Origin: an uncultured delta proteobacterium
Lineage (GTDB): Bacteria > Myxococcota > Kuafuiibacteriia > Kuafuiibacteriales > Kuafuiibacteriaceae
Reading direction: 5' to 3'
Assembly: GCA_963803435.1 (NCBI GenBank)
Contig: CAWDML010000009.1
Span: 224,001-288,000, forward strand
DNA: 64,000 bases
Both the position numbers and the translations under genes were made by a program. The notes beneath the pieces are model-generated. The model searched no databases, was not told the origin of the DNA, and saw only the letters and a list, made by a program, of their open reading frames with translations. How positions within the stretch are numbered: the first letter of the stretch is position 1; each line of letters begins with the position of its first letter. Below, one piece after another: positions 9,464-17,394 of this stretch.

Positions 9464-10333
9464 ATGCCGTATGAGTCCATCCTGCGACGGGATCTATTCC
9501 GCGATCAGGTCGGGATCGTCACCGGCGGCGGGAGCGGCATCGGTCGCTGCATCGCCCACGAGCTGGCGGCGCTGGGGGCGCGCGTGGTGCTGGCGTCGAG
9601 GAGCGAGGAGAAGCTCCGAGCCGTGGCGGCCGAGATCCAAGAGGACGGGGGCCGCGCCGACGTCGTGGTGTGCAACATCCGGGACGAGGCCCAGGTCGAG
9701 TCCCTGATCGCCACCGCGGTGAAGCGGCACGGGCGGCTCGACTTCCTCATCAACAACGGCGGCGGTCAGTTCCTGTCACCGTCGGAGAGCATCACGCTCA
9801 AGGGCTGGTCCGCCGTCGTCGACACGAACCTGACCGGCACGTTCTTGATGTGCCGCGAAGCGATGCGCCAGTGGATGGGCGAGCACGGCGGCGCGATCGT
9901 CAACATCGTGGCCGACATGTTCCGCGGCATGCCGATGATGGCGCACTCGGGTGCGGCCCGGGCCGGCGTGGTCAACCTCACCCAGACGCTGGCGCTCGAG
10001 TGGGCCCAGCATGGGATCCGGATCAACGCAGTGGCCCCAGGGATGATCCTGTCGAGCGGATTCAAGAACTACCCGGAGCCGGTGCAGGAGGCGATGAAGA
10101 GCATTCCGAGAGAGGCCATCCCGATGCGGCGCTTCGGTACGGAGAGCGAGGTCAGCGCAGCCGTCGCGTTCCTGCTGTCGCCCGGCGCCGCGTACATCAC
10201 GGGGGTCACCGTGCGGGTCGACGGTGCATCCTCCCTTTACCGACACGCCTTCGCGTTACCGGACAGCGCGCCCACCTCGGCGTTCTCTGGTTTCCATCGG
10301 AAGGCGGATGTACCCTCCGGTTTGGACGAGTGA
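9464..10333 (+). CDS. SDR oxidoreductase (trans-2-enoyl-CoA reductase/citronellol dehydrogenase-like)
   Basis: TGGGSGIG, NNGGGQF, HSGAARAGV, RINAVAPG. Confidence 0.9.
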   Translation: MPYESILRRDLFRDQVGIVTGGGSGIGRCIAHELAALGARVVLASRSEEKLRAVAAEIQEDGGRADVVVCNIRDEAQVESLIATAVKRHGRLDFLINNGGGQFLSPSESITLKGWSAVVDTNLTGTFLMCREAMRQWMGEHGGAIVNIVADMFRGMPMMAHSGAARAGVVNLTQTLALEWAQHGIRINAVAPGMILSSGFKNYPEPVQEAMKSIPREAIPMRRFGTESEVSAAVAFLLSPGAAYITGVTVRVDGASSLYRHAFALPDSAPTSAFSGFHRKADVPSGLDE

Positions 10334-12372
10334 CTCGGCCGGGTGAGTTCGTAGGTGCCTACCAGCTGGTCCGGCACCTCGGCGAAGGTCCGTTCGGGAT
10401 GGTGTGGCTGGCGAGGGCGGCATCGTCTGGAACGACGTGTGCCCTCAAGCTTCTCCGCCCCGGATTCGTCGAACGCCCCGAGGGGCAAGCCGCGTTCTCC
10501 CGGCTGATCGCCTCGGTCCAGATCCACGGTCGCCTCCACCACCCGAACCTGGTCGAGATCCACGAGGCTGTACAGGACCCGGCGCGCCACCTCTTCGGGA
10601 TCGCGATGGGGTACGTGGAGGGCCAGACGCTGGCCGACATCCCGATTCCTCCGGCGGTCGTGCACGGGCAGGACCTCCGCGGCCTGGCCACCGTCCTCTC
10701 CTGGTTCGAGGAGTTGGGCGCCAGCCTCGCCTGGCTGCACACCCAGCGGATCGTGCACGGCAACCTGAAGCCGACGAACGTCATGCTGTCGGAGCAGCAA
10801 GGCCGCTCGGTCGTGAAGGTCCTCGATCTCTGCTGGGCCGCGATCGGCATCGCGGCGCCGCCCGCCCACGCCCCCTGGTCCGTGTCTCCCGAGCAGTTAC
10901 GGGGACAGCCGCCCACCAAGGACTCCGATCAGTGGGCGCTGGCGTCGATGCTGACGCGGATGCTCAACGGGGGGCACGCGCAGCCGCGCCTCGGGGTGCT
11001 GCCACAGGTGCTGGTCATGGCGCTGACCCGCGCGCTCGACGAGCGGCCGACCAACCGTTTTCCGCACATGGCGGACCTGGTGAGCGCGATCCGCGCGATC
11101 CGGATCGAGATCGAGCAGCGCGCGCGGGAGTCGACGCCGGGTCGCGCGCGCCGCGCCTTCGCCGACAGCGCGGTCGATCCGATCGACTTCTCGGAGGACC
11201 TCGAGACGGTGCGGAAGAAGGTTCCGAAGGACGGAAGCTCGCCCGCGGTCCCGAAGAACGGGACGCCCTCCTACCGGCCGGACACACCGCTGCTGGTCGG
11301 AGACCTGGAGGCCACGCAGCGCAGCGGTGCCACCCCGTTCTCGAAGCGGGTGAGCGAGCTGCCGATGGTCCCCGAGTCGCGCGCGCTCTCGAAGGAGATC
11401 TCCGACGAGAACGACGCCGCGCCGCTCGCGGTCGAGATCAACACCGGTGAGCACCAGGTCCCCGCGCTCCGCCACGACATCGGCGATCCGTTCGAAGGCC
11501 CGCTCATGCCCGACGAGCTCAGCAGCGAGACGCCGGCGCTGGTTGACTCGGAGCCTTCCCTTTCGCTGGGCGAAGCGTTCGATGAGCCGGAGGTCGCGCC
11601 CACCCACCCGTCCGTGGTGAGCGGGCGCGCGCGCTCGCGGCTCACCACGTTCGGCGTGCTGTTCTTCGTGATCGCCGCGCTGATCGCCGTGGCCGCGCTG
11701 GCGATGCTCGGCGACGAGACCGCGCCCGAGGAGAAGGTCCGCGTGACGCCGCCGGCCTCCGAGCTCGCCGCCTCTCGCGCGCAGCCCCCTGACGTGCCGC
11801 CGCCCGAGCCGGAGGGGACCGAGACCCCCGTCGTCGACCCGCCGCCCGCGCCCCCACCACCCGCGCCGCCGCCGCCGGTGGCCCCGCCGCCGCCCGCGGT
11901 CGTCAAGTCGCCGCCGCCCGCGCCGCCGCCGCCGGTGGTCTCGCCGCCGCCGTCCCGAACACCGCCGCCGTCGCGCCCTCCGCCCGAGAAGGCAAAGCCG
12001 CCGCCGGCGAAGGACTACGACGACCTGGACGAGAAGGCGGACGAGGCGCTGGCCAAGCTCCTCGGCGAGGAGCGGAAGCAGACCGATCGGGAGATCTCGG
12101 TCGCCTGCGACGAGGGCGACGGCAAGGCCTGCGTCGAGCTAGGCGACCGGCTGGCGACCAAGAAGGTGGCCGACAAGGCGGCGAAGGCGTTCGAGCGTGC
12201 CTGCACCTTCGGGATCGCCGACGGTTGTCACCGCGCTGCGGTCATCGAGGGCGTCGAGGCGAAGCCCGAGCTGGAGGCGCGCGCTTGCGAGCTCGGCCGC
12301 AAGCTATCTTGCAAGGAGCCGCCGGCCCCTCCGCCGCCGGAGGTGGCGAAGACGGAGACGTCCTCGACCTGA
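10330..12372 (+). CDS. Kinase-like (probable pseudokinase) membrane protein with Pro-rich linker and Sel1-like repeats
   Basis: GTG 10330 overlaps the SDR stop. GEGPFG, ALK, HGNLKPTN, DLC, SPEQ motifs; TM near 11650-11710; poly-Pro; 'ACDEGDGKACVELG...FERACTFG'. Confidence 0.8.
   Translation: MTRPGEFVGAYQLVRHLGEGPFGMVWLARAASSGTTCALKLLRPGFVERPEGQAAFSRLIASVQIHGRLHHPNLVEIHEAVQDPARHLFGIAMGYVEGQTLADIPIPPAVVHGQDLRGLATVLSWFEELGASLAWLHTQRIVHGNLKPTNVMLSEQQGRSVVKVLDLCWAAIGIAAPPAHAPWSVSPEQLRGQPPTKDSDQWALASMLTRMLNGGHAQPRLGVLPQVLVMALTRALDERPTNRFPHMADLVSAIRAIRIEIEQRARESTPGRARRAFADSAVDPIDFSEDLETVRKKVPKDGSSPAVPKNGTPSYRPDTPLLVGDLEATQRSGATPFSKRVSELPMVPESRALSKEISDENDAAPLAVEINTGEHQVPALRHDIGDPFEGPLMPDELSSETPALVDSEPSLSLGEAFDEPEVAPTHPSVVSGRARSRLTTFGVLFFVIAALIAVAALAMLGDETAPEEKVRVTPPASELAASRAQPPDVPPPEPEGTETPVVDPPPAPPPPAPPPPVAPPPPAVVKSPPPAPPPPVVSPPPSRTPPPSRPPPEKAKPPPAKDYDDLDEKADEALAKLLGEERKQTDREISVACDEGDGKACVELGDRLATKKVADKAAKAFERACTFGIADGCHRAAVIEGVEAKPELEARACELGRKLSCKEPPAPPPPEVAKTETSST
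11785..12010 (+). repeat. Low-complexity poly-proline-coding tract (CCG-rich)
   Basis: Encodes PPPAPPPPAPPPPVAPPPP... within the pseudokinase. Confidence 0.8.
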
Positions 12373-12381
12373 GGCTCCAAC

Positions 12382-12900
12382 ATGCCGAGCGCCGCGATCC
12401 CGATCTTTTTGATGGTGGCACTGGCGGTGCCGCCGGCCGAACGCCGGATCTCGCTGGACGTCGTGGACGCCGATATCCACGACGTGGTTCGGCTCCTGGG
12501 CGAGGCGGGTCGGGTCAACGTCGTGATCCCCGACGAGGTGAAGGGTCGCGTCACGGTGGCGCTGAAGGACGTGCCCTGGCCGCAGGCGCTGGCCGTGGTG
12601 CTCGCCTCGAAGGGGCTCGGCCAGCAGCGCACCGGCGATGTCATCGAGATCGACACGCTCGAGCGCATCGTCGCGCGGACCCGTACCGAGGCCGCCATCG
12701 GGGAGGCGCGGGAGGGCTCGGGCGAGCTGCTCACGGTCCTCATCCCGCTCCGCTACGCCCGGGCGGCGGAGATGGCCCCACTGGTCCGCGCCCTCTTGAC
12801 GCCGCGCGGGCGGGTGGAGGTCGATGCTCGAACGAACGTCCTCATCGTCACTGACGTGGCGTACAGCGCGGAGCGGATCCGGCGATCGCTGGGGATCTGA
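12382..12900 (+). CDS. Stand-alone secretin N-terminal domains (STN/N0 + N1, PilQ-like) without secretin barrel
   Basis: 'ISLDVVDADIHDVVRLL...VKGRVTVALKDVPWPQAL' and 'IPLRYARAAEM...RGRVEVDARTNVLIVTD', then stop. Confidence 0.8.
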   Translation: MPSAAIPIFLMVALAVPPAERRISLDVVDADIHDVVRLLGEAGRVNVVIPDEVKGRVTVALKDVPWPQALAVVLASKGLGQQRTGDVIEIDTLERIVARTRTEAAIGEAREGSGELLTVLIPLRYARAAEMAPLVRALLTPRGRVEVDARTNVLIVTDVAYSAERIRRSLGI

Positions 12901-12936
12901 TGCCTCGAGTCCACGATCGATGCTATCGGTCGGGCC

Positions 12937-14952
12937 GTGCGGCTTCCCTCGATCCTGCTCCTCGCCTGCATGACCGCCTGCTCGGGCACGAGCGCGCCTC
13001 CGTTCGGTGAGCCGCTCCTCGTGGAGGGTCTCCTCGGGTGCCCGAACGACGCGATCGACGGCACGCATCGGGACGACTACCGCTGCGTCACCCATCGCGC
13101 CGTCGGTGGGATCAGCATGGGCGGGGGCGCCGCGATGCGCTGGGCGCTCGAGAACCCGGAGCTCTTCGACGTGTCCGTCAGCCTGGGCTCGCCGTACATC
13201 GACCTCGAGTACTTCCTGATCTCGGTGAGTCAGGTCTCGAACGGCGGCTTCTGCCCGCAGGCCCAGCTGCTCGATCATCTCGATCGCATCGACATGAAGG
13301 ATGATCCGCTGACCTGGTGCGGTCCGGTTCACTTTACGGAGCTGGCGCTCCCGGACACCACCTGCGATGGCTTCTCCGGCGACTACAACCACTATTATCG
13401 TGGACCGTCCGCGGGCAGCGGGGGAAGCTTCAACCGCGAAGCGTCGCTGCAGATCGTCCAGGACCTGGCGATCGCATACGGCAACCCAGCCTTCTACAAT
13501 CCCGACGATCCGTATCTGCCGCCCGGTGTCCCGGCATCTCAGCACGTCCCTCTCGAGCTGGACGGCGACGATCGCGGCGCCGAGCGCGCCGCCGCCCGCG
13601 CCGACATCTGCGCCCATCCGATCACGCTCGAGCACTTCTACGACAGCGCCTACAACCCCACCGGCGAGTATCCGGTGATCACGTACTGCGACGGCAACGG
13701 CTCCACCAACGGCGAGTATCAGCCCGGCGTCGCCACGTTTCCGGTCGAGGTGGTGCTCGCGGTCGATCTCAACCGAAACGGGCGGCGCGACTACGGCGAG
13801 CCGGTGATCGCGCAGCCGTACGAGCTCTGGGACGACGTCGGCTCCGACGGGATCCCGGACGCGATGGAGCCGGGCTACGATCCGGTGTCCAACCCGGATC
13901 CAGACGGTGACGACTACCACTGGCTCGACCGCCCGCTGGGGACCGAGAACAACTACCGGCCCGACCCGGGGGAGCCGCAGCGCGACGATGGGCTCGACAA
14001 CGTCCCGGGCACCGGCGACTTCGGCGAGGGCAACGGCGTCGCGGATCGCAACCCGAACGTGGACGTCTGGTTCGATCACTCGCCGCGCAAGCTGCTCGAG
14101 GAGATCGATCCGGTGATGCTGGCGCGGCTCCACCTGTGGGCCGACGCCGGCATCCGGGACTTTCTCCTCTCGGCGCAGATCACAAATCAGTTCTGGGGAG
14201 CGCTCCGCGCCCGCGGCGAGGAGGGCGCGCTGTTCTCCGACTGGTCCGATCTCGCCCAAGTGGCGCAGGGCGGCGGCGCGTACAATCCGCGGACCGCGGA
14301 TCTCTCCGAGGCGCGCATCGGACGTCACGGTTATCTGCGCTACGGTGACCCCTCCGTCTGTCCCGGGGTCGACGCGGAGACGGGGCGCGGCAACCATGTG
14401 GGCTCGCCGCGCGAGGCGCTGGACCGGGTGTTGACGTCGTTCGCGTTCGCATCGGCGCGGCTCGAGGGCGGAGACTTCGAGGCGCTGTCCGGCAGCCTCG
14501 CCGATCAGGGGAGCCCGACGGGGTCAATCGAGGACTTCGTCCTGATCCGATCGTTCGCCAGCGACGCCCTCGGCCGCGACGTGCCCTACGTGGCGATGCT
14601 CCCGCCCGACTACTACCTCCATCCGGAGGCCCGCTACCCGGTCATGTACTTCTTCCACGGCCAGGGGCAGTCCGTGACGGACCTGGCGGCGAGCGCCCTT
14701 CTGATCCTGGGGCCCCAGATGAGCTCGGACGTCAACGAGCGCAACCGCGCACGCCGGTCGGACTGGCAGAAAATGATCATCGTCCTCGCTGACGGGCAAT
14801 GCCGCGCCGGCGAGTGCCACACCGGCACGTTCTTCATCGATCACCGCGGGGTGGGAGGCGAATCGTTCGCGCACGGGGACGCCTTCCTCGAGCTGATGAG
14901 GGAGATCGACCGCACATTCCGGACCAAGGCTCCCGAGATGCTGGCGAAATGA
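12937..14952 (+). CDS. Lipoprotein with alpha/beta-hydrolase (esterase-like) segments
   Basis: Lipobox-like 'LLACMTAC'; nucleophile elbow 'GISMGG'; 'LPPDY...RYPVMYFFHGQG'; Asp/Gly-rich putative Ca-binding repeats. Confidence 0.7.
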   Translation: MRLPSILLLACMTACSGTSAPPFGEPLLVEGLLGCPNDAIDGTHRDDYRCVTHRAVGGISMGGGAAMRWALENPELFDVSVSLGSPYIDLEYFLISVSQVSNGGFCPQAQLLDHLDRIDMKDDPLTWCGPVHFTELALPDTTCDGFSGDYNHYYRGPSAGSGGSFNREASLQIVQDLAIAYGNPAFYNPDDPYLPPGVPASQHVPLELDGDDRGAERAAARADICAHPITLEHFYDSAYNPTGEYPVITYCDGNGSTNGEYQPGVATFPVEVVLAVDLNRNGRRDYGEPVIAQPYELWDDVGSDGIPDAMEPGYDPVSNPDPDGDDYHWLDRPLGTENNYRPDPGEPQRDDGLDNVPGTGDFGEGNGVADRNPNVDVWFDHSPRKLLEEIDPVMLARLHLWADAGIRDFLLSAQITNQFWGALRARGEEGALFSDWSDLAQVAQGGGAYNPRTADLSEARIGRHGYLRYGDPSVCPGVDAETGRGNHVGSPREALDRVLTSFAFASARLEGGDFEALSGSLADQGSPTGSIEDFVLIRSFASDALGRDVPYVAMLPPDYYLHPEARYPVMYFFHGQGQSVTDLAASALLILGPQMSSDVNERNRARRSDWQKMIIVLADGQCRAGECHTGTFFIDHRGVGGESFAHGDAFLELMREIDRTFRTKAPEMLAK

Positions 14953-15016
14953 CGTGTGTGCTAGACTCCTGAGCGTGGCGGGGGAAGGCGAGAACCGCAA
15001 GAAAGGTTCCCCAAGA

Positions 15017-15628
15017 GTGGCTACCTCCGACAACGAGCCCCGCGAGCTGGTCGAGGTCGAGGTCGAGGAGGCCGAGGATCTTCAGGTCGAGCTTCGGCCC
15101 GAGCCCGGGCCGGTCACCGTCGGCGACGTCATGGACGGCGCCAAGGATCTGGTGGGCAACATGGCCACCGGGATCCGTCGCGCGGTCGACAAGGGCCGCT
15201 ATCGCAAGATCCGGGTGACCCGCAACGGCAAGCAGGTGCTCCCCGACATCCCGCTGGCGGCTGCGGCCGCGTTCGAGGCGGCCTCTCTCTACGGCGCCGG
15301 TTTCGCCCGGGTCCTGGGGGTCAACGTGGCCGCGCGCTTCCTCTTCGACTTCGAGGTCGTGAACGAAGCCGACAAGTACTTCAAGGCCGGGACCGAGTCG
15401 TTCCTCGAGGGCGACTTCGAGCGTTCAGAGCAATCGCTGCTCAAGGCCGTCCGGATCGACGACACGCATGCTGCGGCGTACCTCCAGCTCGGCGTGCTCT
15501 ATCGGCTTCAAGGAGAGGTGGACAAGGCAGAGAAGGTGCTCGAGCGGGCCCACGGCCTCGACGATGCCGGTGAGATCGGCAAGAAGGCGAACGACATTCT
15601 CCGACAAATTCGGCGCGAAGCGGAGTGA
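15017..15628 (+). CDS. DUF4342-like domain plus TPR protein
   Basis: 'KGRYRKIRVTRNGKQVLPDIPL' followed by TPR helices 'AAAYLQLGVLYRLQGEVDKAEKVLERA'. Start uncertain (14954 or 15017). Confidence 0.65.
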   Translation: MATSDNEPRELVEVEVEEAEDLQVELRPEPGPVTVGDVMDGAKDLVGNMATGIRRAVDKGRYRKIRVTRNGKQVLPDIPLAAAAAFEAASLYGAGFARVLGVNVAARFLFDFEVVNEADKYFKAGTESFLEGDFERSEQSLLKAVRIDDTHAAAYLQLGVLYRLQGEVDKAEKVLERAHGLDDAGEIGKKANDILRQIRREAE

Positions 15629-17388
15629 GCGAGCCCAAGCCAAAGGCCCGCGAAGGGCTGCTGACGCACGACCACAGCAAACGGGGCCGGCGCTTGGTGA
15701 CGATCCTCAATCCGCTCCATGGCCGGGTCACGCTGCTCGAGCCGTGGGAGCACGCGGTGCTGGTGCTCTGCGACGGCACGCACACCCCCCGCCAGATGCT
15801 GGACGTGCTCGATCATCCGATCGAAGGCGAGACCGTCGATCTCAAGTCGGTGCAGCGCGCGCTTCGCTTCTTCGAGCAGCAGGATGTGATCGAACCGATC
15901 GGGCTGGTGAAGCAGGAGGAGCAGCGGACGCCCGGCGCACGTACGCTGGCGGGCCTCCAGCAGGCGTATCGCGAGTGGCACAAGGATCCGGCCAAGACCG
16001 GCCAGATCCTGAGCGGCGTGCTCCCGCTGCCGTATCCCGATCCCTCCAACATGAAGGTGCCGATCGGGCTCGACCCCACCGTCGCGCTGCCCGAGGACGA
16101 GGAGAAGCCGCGGCATCCGGTGGCGATCGGGACGACCCTGGTGGTCGGTGATCTCTCCGACGAGCCCGACGGTCGCGCGATGAAGAGCCTGCTCCAGAAG
16201 CAGGACGAGCCCTCGACGATGGTGGGGAGCCTCGCTGGCGACGGCCAGGCCGAGGTCGCGGCGGGTGAGTTCGAGGAGGATGAGCTCGAGCTCGGCGGCA
16301 AGCTGTCGGACCTCTTGGCCGCGGTCGACAATGACTTCGCCGAGGTCGAGAAGCGCGAGCGCGAGCGCGAGGCGAAGAACAAGACCGATCGGCCGAAGGC
16401 GAAGAAGGCTCCGCCGCCGGTCGGACGTCCCATCGCCGGGGTTGCTGAGGTGCCGCGCGCGAAGAGCCTGGCCAAGCCGAACGCGAACGTGTGGCTGGCC
16501 GAGATGGACGAGAAGCCGGCGACGCGCGTCATCACGGATCCCGATCAGCCGATGCCGGCGCGACCGAACGTCCTGCGGGCCCCGACGCTTCCACCCGGCA
16601 TCGACGTCGCCGAGACGGCGGTGACCGACGAGCCGACGATGAGGTCGATCGTGTATTCGGAGGCCGCGCTGCGTCCCACCATGGTGGGCATTCCGGCGGA
16701 CGAGGGCGACGAGCCGGTGCTGCTGGTCCCGCCGCGCTCCGCCTCGAGAGCCGATGATTGGGTCGGGGCCGTCGTCGCGGCCGAGCACATCCCGGCGCAG
16801 CGGAACGTGGCGACGATCGAGGACACACTCCCGTACCTCGAGATGCAGACCGAGGGCGGGGTCGATCCGGAAGATCCGCTCAACGGCCACCCCAACACCG
16901 AGCCGTTCGTGAAGGCCCGCGACGACAATCCGACCACGACGGCGGGCACTGAGCACATCGCTCCCGGTCGCGCCCGCGAGGTCTTCGAACGCCTTCGCAA
17001 GGCCGGTCTCAAGGCTCGCAGCTACTCCGATGAGGCGCTCGACGAGCCCCGCGGTGACGAGCACCTGGCCCGCCGCAAGGACGACAAGGCCGCCCGTCGT
17101 TTCGAGCAAGCGCTGGTCAGCCTCACCGCGGGCGATCTCGGCTTGGCGCTGGCTCACTTCCGCGCGCTGTTCGATCAGATGCCCGACTCGAAGCGCCTCC
17201 GCGGGTTCATCGACGCGATCGAGTCCGTCCGCGACGAGCAGCAGTTCCAGCCCTCGATCCTCGAGGACTTCGAGGCCGCCCTCGAAGACGCGATTGCCTA
17301 TGGGCGGTGTCCGAAGTGCTTCTCGATGATGGCGCCCGACGAGGGCGAGTGCTTCGCTTGCGGCTTCCGGCTGAGCCGGACCATCTGA
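15625..17388 (+). CDS. Hypothetical protein: N-terminal PqqD/wHTH-like domain, disordered linker, C-terminal TPR-like helix and zinc ribbon
   Basis: 'VLVLCDGTHTPRQM' and terminal 'CPKC...ECFACG'. Overlaps the upstream stop. Confidence 0.65.
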   Translation: MSEPKPKAREGLLTHDHSKRGRRLVTILNPLHGRVTLLEPWEHAVLVLCDGTHTPRQMLDVLDHPIEGETVDLKSVQRALRFFEQQDVIEPIGLVKQEEQRTPGARTLAGLQQAYREWHKDPAKTGQILSGVLPLPYPDPSNMKVPIGLDPTVALPEDEEKPRHPVAIGTTLVVGDLSDEPDGRAMKSLLQKQDEPSTMVGSLAGDGQAEVAAGEFEEDELELGGKLSDLLAAVDNDFAEVEKREREREAKNKTDRPKAKKAPPPVGRPIAGVAEVPRAKSLAKPNANVWLAEMDEKPATRVITDPDQPMPARPNVLRAPTLPPGIDVAETAVTDEPTMRSIVYSEAALRPTMVGIPADEGDEPVLLVPPRSASRADDWVGAVVAAEHIPAQRNVATIEDTLPYLEMQTEGGVDPEDPLNGHPNTEPFVKARDDNPTTTAGTEHIAPGRAREVFERLRKAGLKARSYSDEALDEPRGDEHLARRKDDKAARRFEQALVSLTAGDLGLALAHFRALFDQMPDSKRLRGFIDAIESVRDEQQFQPSILEDFEAALEDAIAYGRCPKCFSMMAPDEGECFACGFRLSRTI

Positions 17389-17394
17389 CGCCCG

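Noticed and set aside
9670-10329. Apparent N-terminal extension of the 900-aa ORF over the SDR gene
   Set aside because: Shadow frame; the kinase-like sequence begins at GTG 10330, overlapping the SDR stop.
11785-12010. Repeat-like CCG tract, and the His-coding repeats at 18135-18225, as possible CRISPR or VNTR arrays
   Set aside because: In-frame low-complexity coding sequence without a repeat-spacer structure.
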